Source: Fibrobacterota bacterium
Lineage (GTDB): Bacteria; Fibrobacterota; Fibrobacteria; UBA11236
Direction of reading: 5' to 3'
Assembly (NCBI GenBank): GCA_043753995.1
Contig: JAYUVP010000340.1
Location: 1 to 27,472 of the forward strand
DNA length: 27,472 nucleotides
Positions within the stretch are counted from its first letter, which is position 1. The number at the start of each line of letters is the position of its first letter. The notes under the pieces are model-generated. The model saw only the letters and a list, made by a program, of their open reading frames with translations. It did not search any database and was not told where the DNA came from. Shown piece by piece: positions 18,317-26,349 of this stretch. The translations under genes and the position numbers were made by a program.

Positions 18317-19000
18317 TTAGCCCCAACCTTTATCGTCGACATCCATTTCTTCGATGGACGTCTTGTCTTTATTCCAATGGGTCACCTTGGCCAGGGAGTA
18401 AGCGAAAATGGAACCCGGGGCTAATATCATGGTTTGTGTCCCACTTTTTCCTCCCGCTGCAGAAACACTCGCGCTGCTTCCACTGGCTTGAACGGAGGCG
18501 GAGGCCGATCCATAGGCGGTGAAATGCTGGGACAATTCTGCAGCCACCACGACCCAGACACCATTGACGATGCGCGCATCACCCCCTTCGTTGGCGAGAT
18601 AGCTACGCGCAGCCCCGGCGTCCTTATTCAGCATTTCCTTGAGCGGCCCCAAATCCATGGACACATAAATCAATTCAAGTTTTGCGCTCTTTCCTGACTC
18701 ATAGGTGAAACCAGCCGCGACACTCTTTCCGAGACCGAAAAATTTCAGCACCGCTTGCGCGTTCAGTTCGGTCTTGCTCGTAGTTTCCCAGTCAATTTTG
18801 GCAGGCAAATTGTTTTTCACGCGATACTTCGCGAGAATGGTCGGCATCACCCGATCATTCACTTGCAAACTTGCTTGCGAGCCAACGGGATCCTTTTTCT
18901 CTCCGGTGGAGCACATCTCCACGATATGGGCATTGTCACGGAAATACTTCGTCGATCCAAATTCAAAGGCGTGCGCGGTGATTTTGGTATTCGTTGACAT
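18317..19000 (-). CDS. Cytoplasmic 227-aa protein, putative gasdermin-like pore-forming domain
   Basis: AAAGGA SD before ATG 19000; no signal peptide. Two long small-residue-rich amphipathic beta-hairpin segments (about aa 68-113 and 153-192), helix MDLGPLKEMLN, strand RIVNGVWVV and terminal TMILAPGSIFAYSLAKV follow gasdermin N-domain order. The ORF is solid; the family call is by eye. Confidence 0.7.
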   Translation of the reverse strand: MSTNTKITAHAFEFGSTKYFRDNAHIVEMCSTGEKKDPVGSQASLQVNDRVMPTILAKYRVKNNLPAKIDWETTSKTELNAQAVLKFFGLGKSVAAGFTYESGKSAKLELIYVSMDLGPLKEMLNKDAGAARSYLANEGGDARIVNGVWVVVAAELSQHFTAYGSASASVQASGSSASVSAAGGKSGTQTMILAPGSIFAYSLAKVTHWNKDKTSIEEMDVDDKGWG

Positions 19001-19252
19001 GATTGAGTCCTTTCTATGGGCGTTTCTAAGGCCCGGGTTTATTCCCGTACCGAAGATATCAGGGAATAATTTTATTATCAATCACATGTCATATTTTAGA
19101 TAACACTTATTTGCCATAAAAATTGGTTTATAAAAGGAATATTTCACTAAATAAGAGTGAGAAATATTTTTACACACATAATTTATGATAACGTTTATTG
19201 AGCGCCACCCGGATAAATGAGAACTATTAAACTGAAGAATTCCTGCCAAGAG

Positions 19253-19288
19253 GCCCCAGCATTTGAATCACGTGTCAAGTGCTGGGGC
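19253..19288. terminator. Long hairpin between the MMPL 3' end and the gasdermin-like promoter
   Basis: GCCCCAGCATTTGA-atcacgtg-TCAAGTGCTGGGGC, 14-bp stem with one T/G pair. Confidence 0.5.
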
Positions 19289-19308
19289 GGCTGACGAAAA
19301 AATCACCA

Positions 19309-19375
19309 GGGGGAGACGAGGCCGACCGCGCCCCAGGGAAAGGCGGGCCGAGGCGCGGGGGCAGGCTTGCCCCCG
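19309..19375 (-). repeat. GC-rich REP-like extragenic repeat, copy 3
   Basis: Minus strand CGGGGGCA-agcc-TGCCCCCG-CG-CCTCGGCCCGCCT..GTCGGCCTCGTCTCCCCC, 7 nt after the MMPL stop. Confidence 0.8.
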
Positions 19376-19382
19376 ATAAAAA

Positions 19383-22010
19383 TCAATCCGCGACGGGCTC
19401 TTTCGGGCAGAGCAATTCGAGGGCGTAGGGCATCAAGGTGAAAAGCAAGACGAGGCCGGAACCAATGCCCAGAGTCGCGAGAAAGCCGATAGTTTGCATG
19501 CCTTTATGTGACACAAAGCACAAACCGACGAATCCGAAAGCGTTGTTGAGCGTGCCCGTGAGAACCGCCGAGCCGGTAGTGGTATAGAGTTCGCTGATTT
19601 TTCCCGCGCCGAGTTGGCAGCGGCGATGGTAAAGGTGAATCACCGAGTCGACCGACACGGAAAGTATGGTAGGTACCACGACGAGATTGAACATGCCCAG
19701 CTTTACCCCGAAAAGGCCCATGAGCTTATAGGTCCAAAAGGCGGAGAGCAGGATGAAGCCGACCACCACCACCACGCCGCGCCAGCTGCGCATGTCGAGC
19801 GAGATCACGCCTATGAGCAAAAGTAGGGTGACGACGGCGAGAAAGACTCCATCCTTTTTGACCATGCTCACGACATCGGCATAAATAAAGCCCGAGCTGG
19901 CGACGAGCACCTTGCCCTCGGAGCTGGGCAGCCATTGAAATCGTTCTTGGAATTTTTGGCTTTCCACGGCGTCGCTTTCGCGCAATTCGCCATAGAGATA
20001 GCCGAGCTTGCCATGACTGCCGTCGGCTTCGGTGAGAAAGCGCTGTGCCCAGGCGGGAAGGCTGTCGAAGCCAAAGGCGATAGGATTTAAATATTGTCGC
20101 AGTAAATCGAGATCTTTGCGCGTTACGCTATCCACGCGATCGAGGGCGCGGGCATCGAGGATGCCGCGTATTTCACCCATGATGGCGAGGCGTTCGGCCT
20201 GCTGCGAATCGCTCGGCACGAAGCTCTGTATCGTCGCATAACTTTGCAGCATACTGTCGGCGGGGTTGCCATAGCGCGCCACGAGGGAGTCGTGCAGGCT
20301 CCGCATCTGGGCTTCGCTTTGACCCAGTATGATGGAAGGTGAAGTGTTACGTCCACCCCCGACGGCACGGCCATAGGAAATGCCCGCACTGGTGCTTTTG
20401 CCGCGCAAATTCTTGAAGTCATTTTCAAATCCGGTTTGGGGACCGAATGCGATGGCTAAAGTGAAAAGCAAGGTGGCAATGGCAAGGATGCCCCAAGTGC
20501 GTTGCGAAAAATGAAAGGGAGGTAAAAGCGTGCCGCCATTGACCTGGCCTTGATCGGGTAATAGCAAGGATACCCCCTTGGCCAGCAAGGAACCTTTGCG
20601 CACGCGAGGGGTGAGCCATTCGGAAATGCGCACGAAGAAATAAAAGGCGGGAGGCAAAACCAGCCAGGTGGAGACCAAGGCGCAAGTGATGCCCACTGAC
20701 ACCACCACGCCATATTCCTTAAAGCCCGTGAAATGACCGAATTGCAGACTGAGCATGGCCAGGATATTGGTGGCCGCCCCTGAAATGAGGCCGCGCCCGC
20801 TGGCGAGCATGGCGACGGTCATGGAGTCAATGGGGTTTTTCCCCGCCCGGCTTTCCTCGGCCCAGCGGGAATAGAGATGCACGGTGTATTCAATGCCCAA
20901 GCCGAGTATGAGAGCCAGGATAAAGGCCGTGAGCAAGGTCATGCGCTCATAGATGAGATAGGTGGCGCCCGCGGCCCAAGCCATGGCCATCATCAAGGGA
21001 ATATTGATGATGATTAAGTTCACGACTTTACGCACAAAGAACCAAAGCAAAAGAACCATGAGGGTCATGGAGATGAGGCCCGCCAACCAAGTGTCGCCCT
21101 TGACTTGATTGATTTCCTTGAAGTTGCGATAGGCGCCAGCCACCTTGGCCACCAAGTCGGGGCTATAGGCCAGTGGCTCCATGCGGACAATCAGGGATTC
21201 GCCTTTTTCCATCATGCTCTTGGCGAATATGGCGTCAGTCGAAGGCTGGCTTAATTGGGCCAGGACCACGCCCACCCAAACTTTTTTCTCATCGTGCCAG
21301 CCCATGAGCCTGGCCGCAAGTGTATCGGGTCGCGACGGGGCATTGGCAATGTCGGGATTGGCCGCCTTCGCATCATTCTCGGCATTCACTTCGGGAGTGG
21401 TGCCGGTTTCCTTTTGAATCTTGGAGAGGAGGGCATCGACAATATCCTTGGGCAAACCCTGGCGCCGCAGGGCCTGGGCATTGGGCCAGCCCTGTAGGCT
21501 GGGCTTGGCGGCGGGCTCGTCATCGAGCAAATTGCTCACCAGGGGATTGGCTTCGGCGAATTCATCGCCTATCATGCCTGACACGCGATCTTTCAGGTCA
21601 TGCAATTCTTCGATGGGAATATAGAGCAAGGCCTTGCGTTCGAAAAAGCTGCGGTCTTGATCGTATTGCACCCATTGCACTTCGGGCCAATGAGCCAGCG
21701 AATCGGCGATGGCTTTTTGAAAGCGCCCCAGAGCTTCGAGATTGGGCGACTCGAAGGCGATGGTATAAAAGTCGGTGGAGCCTTTGCGCTTTTCCACTTC
21801 CTTCATGGCCATTTTGCTGGGCGTGCCATCGGGCAAGAGCACCCGCAAGTCGGTATCGATGCGGAGCTTTTGGGAAAAGCCAAGGAAAACCCAGGTGATG
21901 AGGCCGAGTAGCAATAGCGGTATCCAAGGGCGGCGATAGGCTAGGCGCACATAGGCGCCGACGCCTCGGGCGAGGACCGAAGTCTTGGCTGGAGTCTTTT
22001 TTTCAGTCAT
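19383..22010 (-). CDS. MMPL/RND superfamily exporter
   Basis: 875 aa with two repeats of 1 TM, a large periplasmic loop and 5 TM; IDTDLRVLLP, LGLGIEYTVH, F.GFKEYG, NLVVVP..SVSVDSVIH, HKGMQTIG. Confidence 0.9.
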   Translation of the reverse strand: MTEKKTPAKTSVLARGVGAYVRLAYRRPWIPLLLLGLITWVFLGFSQKLRIDTDLRVLLPDGTPSKMAMKEVEKRKGSTDFYTIAFESPNLEALGRFQKAIADSLAHWPEVQWVQYDQDRSFFERKALLYIPIEELHDLKDRVSGMIGDEFAEANPLVSNLLDDEPAAKPSLQGWPNAQALRRQGLPKDIVDALLSKIQKETGTTPEVNAENDAKAANPDIANAPSRPDTLAARLMGWHDEKKVWVGVVLAQLSQPSTDAIFAKSMMEKGESLIVRMEPLAYSPDLVAKVAGAYRNFKEINQVKGDTWLAGLISMTLMVLLLWFFVRKVVNLIIINIPLMMAMAWAAGATYLIYERMTLLTAFILALILGLGIEYTVHLYSRWAEESRAGKNPIDSMTVAMLASGRGLISGAATNILAMLSLQFGHFTGFKEYGVVVSVGITCALVSTWLVLPPAFYFFVRISEWLTPRVRKGSLLAKGVSLLLPDQGQVNGGTLLPPFHFSQRTWGILAIATLLFTLAIAFGPQTGFENDFKNLRGKSTSAGISYGRAVGGGRNTSPSIILGQSEAQMRSLHDSLVARYGNPADSMLQSYATIQSFVPSDSQQAERLAIMGEIRGILDARALDRVDSVTRKDLDLLRQYLNPIAFGFDSLPAWAQRFLTEADGSHGKLGYLYGELRESDAVESQKFQERFQWLPSSEGKVLVASSGFIYADVVSMVKKDGVFLAVVTLLLLIGVISLDMRSWRGVVVVVGFILLSAFWTYKLMGLFGVKLGMFNLVVVPTILSVSVDSVIHLYHRRCQLGAGKISELYTTTGSAVLTGTLNNAFGFVGLCFVSHKGMQTIGFLATLGIGSGLVLLFTLMPYALELLCPKEPVAD

Positions 22011-22092
22011 GAGGCAAAAGTATCCCGGGAAATGCGAAACTGGGGAAAGCGCTGAGGAATATAAAAAGGCCGGTTTCTACCTTCGGGGCACT

Positions 22093-23100
22093 ATGGGAAG
22101 CTTTCCTAAACCAAATGTCGGTAGGTCGTCCATTCGCGGCTATCTCGTCTTCGAAGACGGCCATTGCGAGCCGATTTCCGACTGTTCGGCCCTGTTGCGC
22201 CGAGGTGAGGCGGGCCTGCGTTTTCTCTGGCTCGATTTCAAAGGGTGCCCGAATGGCGAGGACGAAGTTCGGCTCAAGGCGGCTTTTGCCTGGCACCCCA
22301 CGGTCATGCAGCGCTTTCGCGCTCGCAGCTCCCGACCGCGCATCGACGATTACGAAGGTTACACCCATGTGACCCTGCATGCCCTTCGCTCGGGTTTTGC
22401 CCCCGCCGACCGCCATCTCACGCTTGAGCTCGACGCCGTCCTGGGACCGGATTATTTGATCACGGTGCATGAAAGCTCGACTCCTCCAGACTTGGACGAA
22501 GTGTATCAGACTTTGCCGGAAAAAAGCCAGACGCTTCGCTCTCCCGACATGGTTTTGCATCGCCTAGTCTATACCATGGTCGATCGCTATATCCCGGTGG
22601 TCGACGCCATCGACGGACGCTTGAGCGAATTGGAGCAAGAGGCCCTTTACCGTCCCCGCCCGGCCTTGCTCGAAAAAATCGTGCTGGCACGCGATGATGT
22701 CTTGCGATTTAAGCATGTGCTCATTCCCCAGGTGCAAATCCTGAATGAATTCGCGGAAACGGAATTGGCGGGAGTGCGGCCTGATAACCGCGCCTATTTC
22801 CGTAACTCCGAACAGAGGATGCGACATTTACTCGACGACTTGGCGATATACCAGGAGGTCGCGCGCAATGCCCTCGACCTTTATCAATCGGCCGTGCAAT
22901 ACCGCACCAATGAAATCATTCGCGCCCTCACCGTGGTTTCCATACCGCTCATGGTGATTTCCTTAGTCACGGGTTTATATGGCATGAATGTGCCCATTCC
23001 TTTTGCCAATTTTCCCCATAGCTTTGGCATTATAAGCGTGCTCAGCGCGGCCATGTTTTTGGGGATGATGATTTATTTCAAGAAGCGCGATTGGTTTTAG
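22093..23100 (+). CDS. corA: CorA family Mg2+/Co2+ transporter
   Basis: LWLD, RPRIDDY, DYLITVH, NEIIRALTVVS, two C-terminal TMs with YGMN signature, ends KKRDWF. Start placed at ATG 22093; the ORF-track start overlaps the divergent MMPL gene. Confidence 0.92.
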   Translation: MGSFPKPNVGRSSIRGYLVFEDGHCEPISDCSALLRRGEAGLRFLWLDFKGCPNGEDEVRLKAAFAWHPTVMQRFRARSSRPRIDDYEGYTHVTLHALRSGFAPADRHLTLELDAVLGPDYLITVHESSTPPDLDEVYQTLPEKSQTLRSPDMVLHRLVYTMVDRYIPVVDAIDGRLSELEQEALYRPRPALLEKIVLARDDVLRFKHVLIPQVQILNEFAETELAGVRPDNRAYFRNSEQRMRHLLDDLAIYQEVARNALDLYQSAVQYRTNEIIRALTVVSIPLMVISLVTGLYGMNVPIPFANFPHSFGIISVLSAAMFLGMMIYFKKRDWF

Positions 23101-24371
23101 GCATTAAACAGCTTATCGCCGAGCAAGCAATCGCCCAGACCGCGATAAAGCCCGGCCCAAGCTTCGCCCCGCAGCCCTTCCCCGCCGCCTTGGTTTTTGG
23201 CCGCGAAAATCAAGCGTTCGGCCAGCGATCCTTGTCGCAGCATGGCCTCGATCACGGAGCGGTATTCGCCTTCTCCTGGCAAGGCCTTGGCCTCCGGAGC
23301 GCAGAAGCGTTTGACCAAGGCCGACAACAATTCTCCGGCTGTGCGGGGTTTGCCGCCCCCAAAGTCTTCCGGTGCGGCCCCCAAGATTTGCCATGGGTAA
23401 TTCGCCGGTAACGCCGTTAGCCGCCCTTGGCGGGCGGTGGCCTCGAAGAAGGCCCGCAGGGTAGTCACTGGTACGTTACGGTGGGCAGCAAGCAAATCAC
23501 CGCCGGAGCCGATGGCGAAGCGCACCAGGTTGGCGGCCGCCCAGCACAGCGCCACGTCGGCGCGAGGCGTTTCCTGGGCATCCAAGCAGCGGATCTCGAT
23601 GGCATGGCGATCGAAGCGAGCAATGGCGGCCCGGGAGTTGAGCCACTCGTCTTGCAATATCCCCTCTGGATCCAAGGCCTCCATGTCGCGATACATCGGG
23701 GCGAGTATGCGGTCGCGGTATTCTTGCTCCGAGCCGACAGCCTCGGGAATGAGATCTCCCGAAATGCTGGCGACCTTGCGTTGATTGCCCGAGTATTGCT
23801 GTAAGCGCGAACTATGCCACCCGGAAAGCAAACCATCGATCACGGGGCTGCTATTGGACAAGGCCGGCAGCAAGGGCAGAATCAAGGCAATGGCACTATG
23901 CAAGGCCGCGAATTCCGCGTCGCCCGAGAAGGGCAAATTGAGATGAACGCTTTGCAGATTGAACCAGCCATGACCTTGGCAACCGAATATGCGATCGTAG
24001 GCCGAATAAATCGGGCTGTCTTCATAAGGCCAAAGCCGCGACTCAGTCGCGGGATTCATGAAGGGATGTACGCCTCCAGGGAGCAGGGAAGCGCCTCGGG
24101 GCTTGAGCATGGCTTCGCAGCTTTGCGCCATGGCCAGGAAATCGCGCCAAACGCCCGACAAGGTCGGCGAGGGCCGCGATAATTTGAACTCAACCACATG
24201 CGCGGCCAATTCATTGTCGGCTTCCACCAAGCCCACTTGGGGATGGCTATTCGGACTGCCTCCCAAATCAGTCAGCAATAAATCGACATGCGGCCAAACC
24301 TTGAGGTCGCCGCGCTGCACGCACATGATTTCGATTTCGACGCCGAAAACGCTGAAAAGAGAATGGGCCAT
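23097..24371 (-). CDS. Glutamate-cysteine ligase family 2 (GCS2/YbdK-like carboxylate-amine ligase)
   Basis: FGVEIEIM, DNELAAHVVEFK, LPGGVHPFM, HGWFNLQSVHLNLPF, WLNSRAAIARFDRHAIEIRCLDAQE. Convergent with corA, 4-nt overlap. Confidence 0.88.
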   Translation of the reverse strand: MAHSLFSVFGVEIEIMCVQRGDLKVWPHVDLLLTDLGGSPNSHPQVGLVEADNELAAHVVEFKLSRPSPTLSGVWRDFLAMAQSCEAMLKPRGASLLPGGVHPFMNPATESRLWPYEDSPIYSAYDRIFGCQGHGWFNLQSVHLNLPFSGDAEFAALHSAIALILPLLPALSNSSPVIDGLLSGWHSSRLQQYSGNQRKVASISGDLIPEAVGSEQEYRDRILAPMYRDMEALDPEGILQDEWLNSRAAIARFDRHAIEIRCLDAQETPRADVALCWAAANLVRFAIGSGGDLLAAHRNVPVTTLRAFFEATARQGRLTALPANYPWQILGAAPEDFGGGKPRTAGELLSALVKRFCAPEAKALPGEGEYRSVIEAMLRQGSLAERLIFAAKNQGGGEGLRGEAWAGLYRGLGDCLLGDKLFNA

Positions 24372-24422
24372 GTTAGAAAAGGTAATCGTGCCCTTGCACG
24401 CCCGATAAGGGCTCCGGCGTCT

Positions 24423-24845
24423 TCAATGCGGCAATTTCGGCGACACCGCTCCATAGACCACCGCGCCCAAAAGCGCGAAGGCCAGCATCACCCAGGCCCC
24501 AGGGAATAGGTGCCCGGCGAGTATGACCATAGGACCGGGACAGGCTCCCGTGAGAGCCCAGCCCACGCCGAAAAGCAGGCCGCCAAAAACATTGCGCTTC
24601 CAGCGCTTGTCCTTGGTCTCGGGCGTCAAATTTTGCCCGCCGAAACCGCGAATGCTTCCCGCGCGCACCAGGCGGAAAAAAATCATGCCCAGGACCACCG
24701 CGGATCCCAAAATGCCATACATGTGAAAGCTGTGAAACAAAAACATTTCCTGAATGCGATACCACGACAGGGCTTCGCTTTGCGTGAGCACGATACCGAA
24801 AAAAATACCCAAGAGGAAAAACGGAAGGAGTTTTTTAAGCGTCAT
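24423..24845 (-). CDS. YeeE/YedE family sulfur-compound transporter, second subunit
   Basis: GIFFGIVL..SWYRIQEMF.F.SFHMYG; GGLLFGVGWALTGACPGP. Confidence 0.9.
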   Translation of the reverse strand: MTLKKLLPFFLLGIFFGIVLTQSEALSWYRIQEMFLFHSFHMYGILGSAVVLGMIFFRLVRAGSIRGFGGQNLTPETKDKRWKRNVFGGLLFGVGWALTGACPGPMVILAGHLFPGAWVMLAFALLGAVVYGAVSPKLPH

Positions 24846-24854
24846 GACAATTCC

Positions 24855-25418
24855 TCAACTGCCCAAGATCATGGGGAAAATGAAATGGACCATAAGGAGG
24901 CCGCCCGCGAAAAAGGAGGCCGTCGCCAGGAAAGAAGCCGGTTGTAAATCGCTCATGCCGCTAATGCCATGCCCTGAAGTGCAGCCCGCCGCCCAGCGCG
25001 TACCGAAGCCCACACAGAAGCCTCCCACGCCGAGAAAAATCCAGGTTTTTAGGCTGTTCCCTGCGGACAGGCTCATTAGGGATGCCGGCCCGAATCCGAC
25101 CTCATGCGCGAATCCCCACTTTGCGATTTCAGTCACGGTTTTTTCGGATAATGGAATGACTCGCTGCGAGGCGCCGAGAAAATGCGTCAGCAATCCTCCC
25201 GTGAAGGCGCCGGCGGCAAAGACCAGATTCCAGCTCCGGGGCTTGCCATCGGGCCGGAAATAAGGGATAAAACGGCCCAGCCCACTTAGGCTGCACACAT
25301 TGTCGAAATTGGAGCTGAAGCCGAATCGGCGGCCGAGTAGCACCAAGGTGGCCATGGTCAAGAAAATCAAGGGGCCACTGATATACCAGGGCCACCCGTT
25401 TTGAAACAGATGCGTCAT
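24855..25418 (-). CDS. YeeE/YedE family sulfur-compound transporter, first subunit
   Basis: WPWYISGPLI, FGFSSN, GGFCVGFGTRWAAGCTSGHGISGMS; GGAG SD before ATG. Confidence 0.92.
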   Translation of the reverse strand: MTHLFQNGWPWYISGPLIFLTMATLVLLGRRFGFSSNFDNVCSLSGLGRFIPYFRPDGKPRSWNLVFAAGAFTGGLLTHFLGASQRVIPLSEKTVTEIAKWGFAHEVGFGPASLMSLSAGNSLKTWIFLGVGGFCVGFGTRWAAGCTSGHGISGMSDLQPASFLATASFFAGGLLMVHFIFPMILGS

Positions 25419-25527
25419 AGCACTCTCCGTTTGGGTGGGTCGGCACCGTGGTCAGGGTAGCCGAAGAATATCCCCAAAGGTAAGTGCCCTGAGAATTTGA
25501 AGTTGGCAGACTAGGGTCAAATGCGTG

Positions 25528-26349
25528 TCAGGCGCTTTCGACCATGGGCTGCAATTCCGCTAAATCCCTGCCGACGCTTCCGGGCTTGAGCGCGACCACG
25601 GCCTCATGCAGATCTTCCGCAAGGCGACGGCGATCGCGCCCCCGCGTCGGTCCCGCCGCAAAGCTGATTTCGCCGACAAAACCGCCCCGGCAAAGCAGAT
25701 TCCAGAAATGAGGGATGAATTTCATTTCGCCATGCCAGCATAGGGCTTCCGCCGCCGAAACACCCGGGCTACGGTAACGCACAAAGGACGCAACCACCGG
25801 CCATTGCCCCTTGGCCGCAGCGTCAAGCAAGGCCGGCCTGAACTCCCTGACCGCCCGACCGTCGCTGCTAGTGCCTTCCGGAAAAATCACAATGGCCGCC
25901 CCCTGCTCGTATTTCAGGGCCATCTCCCCATTCACCCGCACGGCATCGCGCGGCCTTTGGCGATCGAGAAATATTGTGCCATTGAGGCGAGCAAACCACC
26001 CGAGCAGCGGCCAATCCTTGACCTCGCTTTTCGAGACAAAAATACTGGGCAAGGCCGCGGAGAAGGCAAGGATATCGAGATAACCCAAATGATTCGCCAC
26101 GATGAGACTAGGCGATTTCGGCGGCCAGCCACGCAGGCGGAGGCGAAGTCCCAGTATTCTCGCCGTGCCGCAGGCCCATTGATGGGTATGCAAAGCCCGC
26201 AGCCGAACCTGCAAAGCGGGAGGTGTGACCGTCAAAACAAAGACTAGACGAAGGCAGCATAGGAGCGACCATAACAAAAACAATCCCAGCCGCAATAGGC
26301 CCCTGGCGCGCATTCCCCATGCGCGCAAAGTCACCGGCAAGTTACCCAT
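25528..26349 (-). CDS. PlsC-family acyltransferase, probable lyso-ornithine lipid O-acyltransferase (OlsA-like)
   Basis: ANHLGYLD (HX4D), FVSKSEVKDWPLLG, IFLDR, FPEGTSSDG; overlaps the upstream OlsB-like gene by 8 nt. Confidence 0.85.
   Translation of the reverse strand: MGNLPVTLRAWGMRARGLLRLGLFLLWSLLCCLRLVFVLTVTPPALQVRLRALHTHQWACGTARILGLRLRLRGWPPKSPSLIVANHLGYLDILAFSAALPSIFVSKSEVKDWPLLGWFARLNGTIFLDRQRPRDAVRVNGEMALKYEQGAAIVIFPEGTSSDGRAVREFRPALLDAAAKGQWPVVASFVRYRSPGVSAAEALCWHGEMKFIPHFWNLLCRGGFVGEISFAAGPTRGRDRRRLAEDLHEAVVALKPGSVGRDLAELQPMVESA

Noticed and set aside
19001..19081. 27-aa extension of the gasdermin-like ORF
   Set aside because: A clear AAAGGA SD precedes ATG 19000, and the extension runs into AT-rich promoter DNA.
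21985..22092. Longer CorA start
   Set aside because: It overlaps the start of the divergent MMPL gene; ATG 22093 leaves room for promoters.
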